NCBI GenBank assembly: GCA_965226585.1
Contig: OZ245366.1
Span: 1,088,001-1,152,000 of the forward strand
Reading direction: 5' to 3'
Source: Thermodesulfobacteriota bacterium
Lineage (GTDB): Bacteria; Desulfobacterota_D; UBA1144; Nemesobacterales; Mycalebacteriaceae
Length of the DNA stretch: 64,000 nucleotides
Part shown: positions 49,902-60,552 of the stretch, in pieces
How positions within the stretch are numbered: position 1 is the stretch's first letter
How the letters are laid out: each line of letters starts with the position of its first letter
Notes under the pieces: generated by a model
The model's input: the letters and a program-made list of their open reading frames with translations, nothing else
What the model was told of the DNA's origin: nothing
The model's database searches: none
Translations under genes and position numbers: made by a program

Positions 49902-50881
49902 GATACACCCTCCAACATCCTCTTTATATCCTTAATAGTCCACCTCTCCCCTTGCAACTTGCGTATCTTCTTCACCCTTTTCGCGGAATCTGCGGCATAT
50001 ATCTGATAACCGGATTTTGTAACCTCCGCCGGTTTCAATAAGCCCTCTTTTGTCCAATGGCGTATTGTGGGAACCGTTTCACCCGTTTGAGCGGCGAGTT
50101 CGCCTATTTTCAGCAGTTTTCCGGGCTTTTTCGGTGTGCCGGACTTGCCTTTTGCCGCATTCAGCAAAGTATCAAGCGAACGGTCTGCGGCTTTGAATAT
50201 CAACTTTTCATAACTGTTCTTTGAACCGCCGAGTTGCGCCTCTTCCAAAGCGCCGATGTATGCCGCGCGGTCACGTTTGCGAACTATCGCCGGGGGATAG
50301 CCGTTTTTGAGCAAAATCAGGGTCATAAGCAAACGCGCCGTTCTGCCGTTGCCGTCCACAAACGGATGGATTGTTACCAAACGGTAATGAGCCTCGGATG
50401 CCAGAGCAACGGGATGAAGTGATTTTTCCGCTCTCAGCCACTTGAAAAAATCTCTCATCAAATCCGGCACTTTTCGCGGATTTGGCAACACAACCGGAGA
50501 ACCGGCAATTCTGACAGGCACACTTCTGTAAATCCCTGCATTTAAGTCGTCAATCCCCTTCATTATCATCCTGTGAATACTGAGAACATCCTTCTCCCCT
50601 GCTCGCGAGTTTCCACTTTCCGCCCGCTTTGCAACCCAGTCCACAGCGCGGGCGTGGTTTGTCGCCTCCAAATGCTCAACCAGACTCTTTCCGCCAATGG
50701 TCAGCCCTTTTTCAACAACCATGGCGGTTTCGCGCCGCGTGAGAGTATTGCCCTCAATCGCGTTGCTGTTATAAGTCAACTCCACACGGAACCAATCTCT
50801 GAGATTGTCCGAAAGCCCCGCCGACAAAGGACGAAACTTGTCCAGCAAGTTCTTCTTTCCTGTCAACTCATCAAACTTCAT
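49898..50881 (-). CDS. Fic family protein with C-terminal MerR-type HTH
   Basis: SNAIEGN inhibitory motif, HPFVDGNGRTAR Fic motif, LKIGELAAQTGETVPTIRHWTKEGLL...SGYQIY. Confidence 0.92.
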   Translation of the reverse strand: MKFDELTGKKNLLDKFRPLSAGLSDNLRDWFRVELTYNSNAIEGNTLTRRETAMVVEKGLTIGGKSLVEHLEATNHARAVDWVAKRAESGNSRAGEKDVLSIHRMIMKGIDDLNAGIYRSVPVRIAGSPVVLPNPRKVPDLMRDFFKWLRAEKSLHPVALASEAHYRLVTIHPFVDGNGRTARLLMTLILLKNGYPPAIVRKRDRAAYIGALEEAQLGGSKNSYEKLIFKAADRSLDTLLNAAKGKSGTPKKPGKLLKIGELAAQTGETVPTIRHWTKEGLLKPAEVTKSGYQIYAADSAKRVKKIRKLQGERWTIKDIKRMLEGVS

Positions 50882-50884
50882 AGC

Positions 50885-50917
50885 GTAAAGTGTAAAGTAT
50901 CACCTTACGCTTTACAA
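50885..50917 (-). promoter_or_regulatory. Putative leaderless promoter of fic overlapped by an inverted repeat
   Basis: Minus strand TTGTAA-17 nt-TACACT-7 nt-ATG; arms GTAAAGCGTAA / TTACACTTTAC (one mismatch). Confidence 0.55.
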
Positions 50918-50951
50918 ACAGATATGACTAACCGATGGAAACCTAAACGGG

Positions 50952-50990
50952 AAAATCCATTCTTCCAAAACTGAAAAGCACAAAGACAGA
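50952..50990. repeat. 39-bp direct repeat, copy 2; 3' arm of the 16S processing stem
   Basis: Identical to 48813-48851; complementary on the transcript to the leader at 52674-52704. Confidence 0.95.
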
Positions 50991-51075
50991 CAGACATAAT
51001 AAAACCACTTCATTCAAACGATTTGGTTTGTTTCGTTTGTTGTTTACTCGCTGTGAGTAAAAATTACTCCGTGAG

Positions 51076-52635
<1,560 letters not shown>

Positions 52636-52673
52636 AATTGTAATCGTCTGGAAATGGCTCTACTGTTTGTCCG

Positions 52674-52704
52674 CTGTCTATGTGCTATTCAGTTTTCAAA
52701 GAAC
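52674..52704 (-). promoter_or_regulatory. rRNA leader: boxA-like sequence and 5' arm of the 16S processing stem
   Basis: Minus strand GTTCTTTGAAAACTGAATAGCACATAGACAG pairs with trailer CTGTCTTTGTGCTTTTCAGTTTTGGAAGAAT. Confidence 0.8.
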
Positions 52705-52741
52705 TCTAAACGCCCCGCGCTTGGAAGCATCGGGGAACTCA

Positions 52742-52770
52742 ACTCTAATGAGGCGGAATGAGCTTGTCAA
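52742..52770 (-). promoter_or_regulatory. rRNA promoter
   Basis: TTGACA-17 nt-TAGAGT upstream of the 16S leader. Confidence 0.75.
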
Positions 52771-52799
52771 TACCGCGCCGGGGAAAAACCGGAAATAAT

Positions 52800-52839
52800 A
52801 AAAAAACTCCGGACAAACCCTCGTCAGATTTGCCCGGAG
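52800..52839 (-). terminator. Intrinsic terminator of the beta-barrel gene
   Basis: Minus strand CTCCGGGCAAAT-loop-GTTTGTCCGGAG followed by a T7 run. Confidence 0.75.
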
Positions 52840-52865
52840 CAATATCAGGAAACACAGTAAAGGTT

Positions 52866-53507
52866 TCAGTAAGTAAAGGAAAGTCTGGCAACACCCGAGA
52901 AGCCGAGGAGATCCTCAACTGCTCCGGCGGGGTTGTTCAGAAGGTAGTGCCCTCTAACCTCAACGCCCATCTTCAGTCTGTCATTTCTTACGTAGTCAAC
53001 TGAGAACTTGCCGATAGCAGGCATGGTTTTCTCGCTGCTAATCTTGTCTCCAACATCGTAAAGGAACAGTCCGGTTCCAACTGCGGCGGAAACCTCCATC
53101 GGTACCGAAGCGGTTTCTGCGGGAATGGGAAAGTCAGCCTGTATGTAGACGGGAACGAAGAAGTGATGAAGGGTATGGTCTGCGGCGTCTGTAAACCCGA
53201 TCATAAAGTCAGGCTCAATTCTGAACGTTGTCCGGAAGCCCGCTCCGAAAAGTTCAACGTTCTTGAAGAAACGCGACAGCCCGAATCCCATAAGAAAACC
53301 TTGCTCGGTGGCGTCTTCGCCGTCTCTGATGGTTGCCTTCTGGTAGTAGTAGCCGGAGCGGAGAATAAGTTCATTGTCGCCCGCCTCCACTTTGTATATG
53401 GATGACTCCATCGCGCTGTCTCCGTCCATTTCCCCGGCTTTTACTCCGGAACTTAATGAAAATGCGAGCGCCGCGACAAGCGCGAAAAGTATAGACTTCC
53501 TGAACAT
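52866..53507 (-). CDS. Outer-membrane beta-barrel protein
   Basis: Signal peptide, alternating amphipathic strands, C-terminal LSFTY. Confidence 0.7.
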   Translation of the reverse strand: MFRKSILFALVAALAFSLSSGVKAGEMDGDSAMESSIYKVEAGDNELILRSGYYYQKATIRDGEDATEQGFLMGFGLSRFFKNVELFGAGFRTTFRIEPDFMIGFTDAADHTLHHFFVPVYIQADFPIPAETASVPMEVSAAVGTGLFLYDVGDKISSEKTMPAIGKFSVDYVRNDRLKMGVEVRGHYLLNNPAGAVEDLLGFSGVARLSFTY

Positions 53508-53721
53508 AATGGTATTTCCCCCTTTGCTGCTGTGCATATTATATCGCAGATTTAATGTAAGGCGTCCCTATTCTACAAAGCAGACCCGCAGTTTGTCAAG
53601 CCTATCTGTAACAGATATGTAATAAGTCTCCAATTTGAAATTTTCCCTCTTTGCTGTGAGTATTATGTCGCGACCGCGGCGTTCAAGCGCGGGCGTAAAC
53701 TACTAAGGAAAGGCGGTTCAA

Positions 53722-54510
53722 ATGACAACAAAAGATAAATGGGCTTTGGTTTTGGGGGCTTCGAGCGGTTTCGGAGAAGCGGCGGCGGTTGAGTTTGCGA
53801 AAAACGGGATGAACATTTGCGGTGTCCACATGGACAGAAAAGCCGGGATGGAAAACGTGGAGAAGATAAAAGGCGCGATTGAAGCGGCGGGCGCGAAAGC
53901 CCTTTTCTTCAACGTGAACGCGGCGGACGGGGAGAAACGCAAACATGTTCTGGATGAACTCACGAAGGTTGCCGGGGCGGAAGGTTCGGTAAAGGTTCTG
54001 CTCCACTCTCTCGCGTTTGGAACCCTGAAGCACTACATTTCCGACAATCCGTCTGAGATGCTCACAAACAAGAACATTGACATGACGCTTGATGTTATGG
54101 CGCACAGTCTTGTGTACTGGTCGCAGGATGTTGTAACGCGCGGGCTGATGGGCGAAGGCGGAAGGATTTTTGCGATGACGAGTTCGGGAAGCCACAGAGT
54201 GTGGCCCACCTACGGGGCGGTTTCTGCGGCAAAGGCGGCGCTTGAGCACCACATCCGCCAGCTCGCGGTTGAACTCGCGCCGAAGAAAATCACGGCAAAT
54301 TCCATCAGGGCCGGAGTAACGGACACTCCCGCGCTCAGGAAGATTCCCGGAAACGAGGCGCTTGTTGAGAATGCCATGCGCGTCAATCCGGCGGGGCGTT
54401 TGACCACAACGGAAGATGTCGCGAAATCCATCGCCCTTCTCACACAGAGCGGAGCGGACTGGATAACCGGCAACGTAATAGGCGTTGACGGCGGCGAAGA
54501 TTTGATATGA
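53722..54510 (+). CDS. SDR family oxidoreductase, enoyl-ACP reductase (FabL-like)
   Basis: LGASSGFG, YGAVSAAK (YxxxxxxK), TDTPAL, GNVIGVDGG. Confidence 0.8.
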   Translation: MTTKDKWALVLGASSGFGEAAAVEFAKNGMNICGVHMDRKAGMENVEKIKGAIEAAGAKALFFNVNAADGEKRKHVLDELTKVAGAEGSVKVLLHSLAFGTLKHYISDNPSEMLTNKNIDMTLDVMAHSLVYWSQDVVTRGLMGEGGRIFAMTSSGSHRVWPTYGAVSAAKAALEHHIRQLAVELAPKKITANSIRAGVTDTPALRKIPGNEALVENAMRVNPAGRLTTTEDVAKSIALLTQSGADWITGNVIGVDGGEDLI

Positions 54511-54573
54511 GAAAACTCAGATGTTTTGCCCGGAACGATTCTCCCGGGGCAACGGCACAACCGTAACACAGCA

Positions 54574-55998
54574 ATGAAACAACTCCCTGAAATCAAACTG
54601 TATAACACCGTCTCGCGGACAAAAGAGCCGCTTGAGACAAAGGAGCCGGGAAAGGTCGGCATCTATGTTTGCGGGCCCACGGTTTATGACTCCGCCCATC
54701 TGGGGCACGCCCGGAGCGCGGTGTCGTTTGACTTCATCCGCAGGTTTCTCATCCACGCGGGCTATAAAGTTTCATTCGTCAGAAACTACACCGATGTGGA
54801 CGACAAAATTATAAACCGCGCGAACGAAACCGGACAAACTTCCGAACAAATAGCCGAGACCTACATAAAGGATTACAGCGAAGACATGGATGCGCTCGGT
54901 GTTCTGACGCCGGACGTTGAGCCGAGGGTAACAACTCACATGGCGCAAATCATCTCGCTTGTTGAGAAAATTGTTGAAAGCGGAATCGCCTACGAATCGG
55001 GCGGGGATGTTTTCTTCTCCGTCAGAAAGTTCAACGAATACGGAAGCCTTTCGCGCAGGTCAGTTGACTCCATGCTTGAAGCCGTCCGCATAGACCTGAA
55101 TGAAAAAAAGGACGACTCGCTCGACTTCGCCTTGTGGAAGGCGGCAAAGCCCGGCGAGCCAAGCTGGGAAAGCCCGTGGGGAAAAGGCAGACCCGGCTGG
55201 CATATAGAGTGCAGCGCGATGAGCACCGAATATCTGGGAAGCAGTTTTGACATACACGGCGGCGGAAAGGATTTGATATTTCCCCATCATGAAAATGAAA
55301 TCGCGCAGTCTTGCGCGGCGGGCGGAAAGTTTGCGAAATACTGGATGCACAACGGGCTGATACAGATAAACAGAGAAAAGATGAGCAAATCGCTCGACAA
55401 CTTTCTCACCGTCAAACAGGCGCTTGAAAGATGGTCGCCCGAAGCCATACGGCTTTTCTTTCTGCTTCACCACTACCGCAATCCGGCGGACTTTTCAGAA
55501 CAGGCGCTTGATGAAGCCGAGGCATCTCTCGGTCGGATTTACAAAACAGTCGGCCGCGCAAAAGCCGCCGGCACAAGCAGAGGAAGCGACCCTGAACTCG
55601 CTGAGGCGGCAAAGGGTTTTGAAGAAAAAAGTTTCAGGGCGATGACTGATGATTTCAACTCCGCCGAAGCTCTCGGGCATCTGTTTGACCTGATAAGGGA
55701 AATCAACCGCTCGCTTGATTCTCGCGGAGGCACGGCGGATATCGCGCCCGCGCTGGAAGCGATAGAAAAGTTCGCGGATGTGGCGGGAATTCTGTCGCAA
55801 GACCCGGAGAGTTATCTCAAAAGCGCGCCGGACGCAGAGATATCGGAAATCGAGATAACAAAACTTATAGAGGAAAGAGAGACGGCGCGGAAGGAAAAGA
55901 ACTGGAACAGAGCGGATGAGATTAGAAACTCTCTCGCGGAAAAAGGCGTTGTGCTTGAAGACACCGCAGACGGAACAAAATGGAGTTTCCGGAAGTAG
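54574..55998 (+). CDS. cysS: Cysteine-tRNA ligase
   Basis: CGPTVYD, HLGH, PGWHIECSAM, FPHHENE, KMSKS. Confidence 0.98.
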   Translation: MKQLPEIKLYNTVSRTKEPLETKEPGKVGIYVCGPTVYDSAHLGHARSAVSFDFIRRFLIHAGYKVSFVRNYTDVDDKIINRANETGQTSEQIAETYIKDYSEDMDALGVLTPDVEPRVTTHMAQIISLVEKIVESGIAYESGGDVFFSVRKFNEYGSLSRRSVDSMLEAVRIDLNEKKDDSLDFALWKAAKPGEPSWESPWGKGRPGWHIECSAMSTEYLGSSFDIHGGGKDLIFPHHENEIAQSCAAGGKFAKYWMHNGLIQINREKMSKSLDNFLTVKQALERWSPEAIRLFFLLHHYRNPADFSEQALDEAEASLGRIYKTVGRAKAAGTSRGSDPELAEAAKGFEEKSFRAMTDDFNSAEALGHLFDLIREINRSLDSRGGTADIAPALEAIEKFADVAGILSQDPESYLKSAPDAEISEIEITKLIEERETARKEKNWNRADEIRNSLAEKGVVLEDTADGTKWSFRK

Positions 55999-56014
55999 GC
56001 GCGGATTCTCCGCC

Positions 56015-57262
56015 CTACCCCGCGATGGCGACAACCGCGCCCGTCATGCAGGTTGCGAGAGTGCCGGGAATAAGAGAGCGCAAACCAAGCGCGGTAATCT
56101 CAGACCGGCGGCTTGGGGCGATGGCGGAAAGACCGCCAACCATAATTCCCACTGAACCGAAATTGGCAAAACCGCTCATCGCGTAAACCATAATCAACTT
56201 ACTGCGTTCGCTGAGCTCCGCTCCGCCGTCACCCGCGAGAGCAATGTACGCGATAAACTCGTTGAGAGCCGTCTTTGTTCCCATCAGCGCGCCCGCCGCG
56301 TGCGCTTCGCTCCACGGAATTCCTATAAGCCACATAAGCGGCTTGAAAATCACGCCGAATATCGCTTGAAGCGTTACGGGACCGCCGCCAAAGTGCGGAA
56401 GAAAAGACAAAAACGCATTGCATAAATATACAAGCGCGAGAAGCACAATCAGCATGAAAAGAATGTTGAAATACGGAGACATCGCCTGCTGTGTCCCTTG
56501 AGTAAGAGCATCCATTCCTCCCGAATATTCTGAACGCGGAACACGCGTGTCTCCGCTTGCTGAGGATTCGGGAGACGGAATCATAATGCGCGCGAAAATT
56601 ATGGCGGCGGGAACGGAGATAACCGAAGCCGTAAGCAGATGCTCAAGAGGGTCTGCCATTATGGGGGTGAGAAACTGCGAGTAGAGAACAAGAACGGTTC
56701 CCGCGATAGTCGCCATTCCACACGACATTATCAGGAAAATATCGGCGCGGGAAAGGGACGCGAAAATGGGCCTTATTATAAGCGGCGAATCTACCATGCC
56801 GAAAAATACGTTTGCCGCAGACGCGACTCCCACACCACCTCTGAGAGAAAATATCCGGTTCAGGGAAATGGAAAACACCTTTATAACGGCGGGCAGAATT
56901 CTCCAGTGCCAGAAAAGCGCGGACAGAGCGGAGATGACAAAAATAAGCGGAAGCAGCCCGAAAGCCAGAATAAAAGACGCCCCGGGAGCGTTCTCTTCAA
57001 ACGGCAGAGGCGCGCCGCCCAAATAGCCGAAAACAAAACCCGTTCCCTCTTGAGTCGCGGCGGCAAGAGCCTGCGCCCCCCGGTTGATTTGCAGAAAAAA
57101 GTCGTGCGCGATGTCAAACCTTACAAGGGCGACAACAAAAACTATCTGTATAAGCAGACCGGCGGCGGCTATAAACCACGGAAACGCCCGGCGGTTTTCG
57201 CTCATAAGCCAGGCAATTGCCGGAAGAGCCAGTATTCCCAGAAGAGGTTGAATTGTTTCCAT
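56015..57262 (-). CDS. NupC family concentrative nucleoside transporter
   Basis: GTGFVFG, AANVFFG, GMATIAG, GTKTALNEFIAY, GFANFGSVGI. Confidence 0.92.
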   Translation of the reverse strand: METIQPLLGILALPAIAWLMSENRRAFPWFIAAAGLLIQIVFVVALVRFDIAHDFFLQINRGAQALAAATQEGTGFVFGYLGGAPLPFEENAPGASFILAFGLLPLIFVISALSALFWHWRILPAVIKVFSISLNRIFSLRGGVGVASAANVFFGMVDSPLIIRPIFASLSRADIFLIMSCGMATIAGTVLVLYSQFLTPIMADPLEHLLTASVISVPAAIIFARIMIPSPESSASGDTRVPRSEYSGGMDALTQGTQQAMSPYFNILFMLIVLLALVYLCNAFLSFLPHFGGGPVTLQAIFGVIFKPLMWLIGIPWSEAHAAGALMGTKTALNEFIAYIALAGDGGAELSERSKLIMVYAMSGFANFGSVGIMVGGLSAIAPSRRSEITALGLRSLIPGTLATCMTGAVVAIAG

Positions 57263-57293
57263 GTTTTTCTCTAATCGGGATGGAAAGCCCGAT

Positions 57294-58271
57294 TCAAATC
57301 CAAACGCCCATATACTCAAGCGCCCTTTTCACGGTCGGCGGCGCCTGCGTTTCGCCCCGGCAACTGAACCAGCACGCTTCGCATTTTGTGGGCTGAAACA
57401 TTCCCGGTTCATACTCAGACCAGTGCGCCACAACGGGCATCTCACTGCACCGCTTGATGTGTCCGCTCGGAGTTATCTGAATATGCTCAATACCCGCCGT
57501 GCAGTCCGGCACGCCTCCGCGCTCGAAATACGCGGGAATCTCTTTAAGGTAATACTCGCTTGAAAGCACGGTTCCCTTCCATTTGCGGCGGCGTTCTATA
57601 ATCGCGTCAACAACGGAGCGCACGCGCCCTATGTGGCCAGAATCAATAAAGTGGGAAGTGTTGTTCGTCTTCATAACGGAATACGAACTGAAAGATATGC
57701 CGATTCCCCACTCCCTTGCCTTGTCGGCTATGTTCAAAACCTCGTCCAGATTGTCTTCCATTATCACGGTGTTCACGATTATGCTTTTGTCGGGAAACTC
57801 TTTCGCCATCTGCGGCATAAGTTCCGAGATGTGTTTCCACAGCCCTTTTATTCCCCTGTAACTGTCGTGCTTTTCGCCCGGAAAATCGAGCGAGATGGCT
57901 ATCTGATCCATGCCTGAATCAAAAAGTTCGCGCGCTTTGCCAATGTCGAGCAGGTCGCCTTTGGTAACCATTGAGGTAAAGATGTATGAGGATGACTCTT
58001 TTATCTGCGCGAAAATATCGGGCAGGTCTTTTCTGAGCATCGGCTCGCCGCCGGTAACAACCGTAACAAGCGGGTTTATCTTTTTTATAACGGGGCGGTA
58101 GTCGTCAAGACGCTCTTCGTGGCGGGTTTGCCAGTAGTCGCAGAAATCGCAGGTGGCGTTGCAAAGTTTTGTAACTTCAAGATTGGCAAGCACCGGTGTG
58201 CCGGAAATTCTGGAATATGCGTATTTGGCAATCCCGGCGGCGCCCTCTTTAACTGTAAGCATCGGGGGCAT
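57294..58271 (-). CDS. Radical SAM protein with C-terminal SPASM/twitch-like cysteines
   Basis: CNATCDFC, TGGEPMLR, CTAG...G.IKRC, CEACWFSC; start approximate. Confidence 0.85.
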   Translation of the reverse strand: MPPMLTVKEGAAGIAKYAYSRISGTPVLANLEVTKLCNATCDFCDYWQTRHEERLDDYRPVIKKINPLVTVVTGGEPMLRKDLPDIFAQIKESSSYIFTSMVTKGDLLDIGKARELFDSGMDQIAISLDFPGEKHDSYRGIKGLWKHISELMPQMAKEFPDKSIIVNTVIMEDNLDEVLNIADKAREWGIGISFSSYSVMKTNNTSHFIDSGHIGRVRSVVDAIIERRRKWKGTVLSSEYYLKEIPAYFERGGVPDCTAGIEHIQITPSGHIKRCSEMPVVAHWSEYEPGMFQPTKCEACWFSCRGETQAPPTVKRALEYMGVWI

Positions 58272-58366
58272 TTTATCACGCAGACGCGGCGGTTTCAATC
58301 AATGTTTTAACGGGAAAACCGGCGGGCGGTTGCGGGCAGGCTCGCGCGCCTGTTAAAGTTACCCGA

Positions 58367-59914
58367 ATGAAAGCCGCAACACGTGAAGAGATACGGGAGA
58401 TTGACCGCGCCTGTGTTGAAGAGCACGGAATCTCCGTGAATGTGCTTATGGAAAACGCCGGTCGTGCCGTGTGCGCGGCGGCGGAAAGGAAGTTTCCCGA
58501 AGCACGGAAAATCGCCGTCATCTGCGGCGGCGGAAACAACGGCGGAGACGGTTTTGTTTCCGCGCGTCATCTGGCGGCAAAAGGGAAAGAGGTTTCCGTC
58601 TACACTTCAAGGAAAATCGGGGAGTACACAGGGCAGCCGCTTGAAAACCTGAACTCCGCGCGCGGAAGCGGCATAGCGGTTGTTGAGATTGACGGAGACT
58701 CATCAAAAATCGCCCCGTGCGACCTTATGGTGGACGCCCTGCTCGGCATCGGGCTTGAGTCTGCCGTGCGAGAGGCGGACTCAAAACTGATTGACTTCAT
58801 AAACGGCGCGAACATTCCCGTGCTGTCGGTTGACATACCTTCGGGAATTGACTCAAACACGGGCGCGGTTTTTGGAAACGCCGTGAGCGCGGACGCAACC
58901 GTAACGTTTGTCGCGCCGAAACTGGGAATCTCCGTCTATCCCGGAGCCGGACACGCCGGAGAGATATTTGTCGCGGGGATAACAAGCCCAAAAATGCTTG
59001 AAGAAAAAATACGGTGCGAGATAGCCACTTTTGAAACCTGCGCCGGAATTGTGCGCCCGCGCGCGGAGGATTCGCACAAGGGAACATACGGGCACACCCT
59101 TGTTCTTGCCGGTTCAACGGGAAAATCAGGAGCGGCGATTCTTGCCTCCGAAGCGGCGGTTCGCTCAGGGGCGGGGCTTGTAACTCTCGGCGTTCCGGAA
59201 GGCATACACCACGTTGCAGAACAAAAGACTTCCGAAGCGATGACGGAACCGCTGGGAGAAACAGACGGCTGTTTCGGAGCGGCATCCGCTGAGAGGGCGA
59301 TAGAAATTCTGAACGGGAAAAGTTCGCTTGTAATCGGTCCGGGGCTGTCTGTTTCTGAAAACACGGCGGAATTCTTCAAACGCGTAACGGCCGCCTGTGA
59401 AGTTCCGCTCGTGATAGACGCGGACGGACTGAACATCCTTGCGGAAAACCAAGACATTTTTGACACCATACGCGCAGACGCGGTTCTAACGCCCCACCCC
59501 GCAGAAATGGCGCGGCTTTGCGGCAAAACCACAGCCGGTGTTCAGGCGGACAGAATCACGGCGGCGGGCGAGTTCGCTTCAAAAACCGGATGCTTTGTTG
59601 TTCTCAAAGGCGCGAGAACCGTAACCGCCCTGCCCGGCGGCGGGATATACATCAACCCGACCGGCAACCCGGCGATGGCTTCGGGAGGCATGGGGGATGT
59701 GCTTGCGGGAATCATCGGAGGCTTGCTCGCTCAAGGGTACTCCCCGCGTGAAGCGTGCGTGGCGGGAGTTTTTGTACACGGGCTTTCGGGCGACATGATG
59801 GCGGAACAGTCCGGCGGGATGGCGGTGAGAGCGGGCGAGGTGTCTGAAGGGCTTGCCGCCGCGTTTGCGAAAATCAGAACTTCGGAAAACAAGTTCGCAA
59901 CAGTAATTGATTAG
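58367..59914 (+). CDS. nnr: Bifunctional NAD(P)H-hydrate epimerase/dehydratase
   Basis: LMENAG, GGGNNGGDG, VDIPSG, HKGTYG, DADGLN, LTPHPAEM, GGMGDVLAG. Confidence 0.95.
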   Translation: MKAATREEIREIDRACVEEHGISVNVLMENAGRAVCAAAERKFPEARKIAVICGGGNNGGDGFVSARHLAAKGKEVSVYTSRKIGEYTGQPLENLNSARGSGIAVVEIDGDSSKIAPCDLMVDALLGIGLESAVREADSKLIDFINGANIPVLSVDIPSGIDSNTGAVFGNAVSADATVTFVAPKLGISVYPGAGHAGEIFVAGITSPKMLEEKIRCEIATFETCAGIVRPRAEDSHKGTYGHTLVLAGSTGKSGAAILASEAAVRSGAGLVTLGVPEGIHHVAEQKTSEAMTEPLGETDGCFGAASAERAIEILNGKSSLVIGPGLSVSENTAEFFKRVTAACEVPLVIDADGLNILAENQDIFDTIRADAVLTPHPAEMARLCGKTTAGVQADRITAAGEFASKTGCFVVLKGARTVTALPGGGIYINPTGNPAMASGGMGDVLAGIIGGLLAQGYSPREACVAGVFVHGLSGDMMAEQSGGMAVRAGEVSEGLAAAFAKIRTSENKFATVID

Positions 59915-59932
59915 TTTTCCGGGCTTAACAGA

Positions 59933-60424
59933 GTGAAAACCGAAATCGTTATAAAAACCTCATCAGAGAATGAAACCGCGCGGCTTGGAGCGGCGGTGGC
60001 GCAAGCCCTTGAGCCCGGAGATGTTGTCTGCTTGCGCGGAAATCTGGGCGCGGGAAAAACCGTTATGGCAAGGGCGATAGCTCGCGGGCTCGGAGTTGAT
60101 GAAAACATAACAAGCCCCACTTTTGTGATAATGAACCGGTACGACACGCCTCGCGGAGACGGGCTTTTCCATTTTGACCTTTACAGAAATCCGGACGCGC
60201 AAGAGTACGAAGATCTGGGATTTGCCGAAATCCTGCGCGGCGGCGGCTTCTGTGTGGTTGAGTGGGCGGAAAACCTGCCGGAAGGGATGGCGGAAAGCGC
60301 GGCGGAGATTGAGATAACCGCAAGCGGGGAAGATGAAAACGCCAGAGAAATACAAATATCCGTGAATGAGAAAAAAGCGGCGGTTATAACGGGCGCGATG
60401 CCTGAAAAAACGCGCTCACATTGA
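59933..60424 (+). CDS. tsaE: tRNA threonylcarbamoyladenosine biosynthesis ATPase
   Basis: GNLGAGKT, ITSPTF, HFDLYR, VEWAE. Confidence 0.95.
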   Translation: MKTEIVIKTSSENETARLGAAVAQALEPGDVVCLRGNLGAGKTVMARAIARGLGVDENITSPTFVIMNRYDTPRGDGLFHFDLYRNPDAQEYEDLGFAEILRGGGFCVVEWAENLPEGMAESAAEIEITASGEDENAREIQISVNEKKAAVITGAMPEKTRSH

Positions 60425-60552
60425 GAAAGCCATGGAAACGCCGCCGAGGGAGTGGCGAGCACAAGGACGCCCGCGAGAAGTAAAACTCTTTCCGCTGACA
60501 AACGGCGCGCGGTTGCTGTTATAATAGCCCGCTTAAACAGAGGGCGGACAAC

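Noticed and set aside
40100..51000. Prophage or IS-based element
   Set aside because: No integrase, transposase, terminase or structural phage genes recognised
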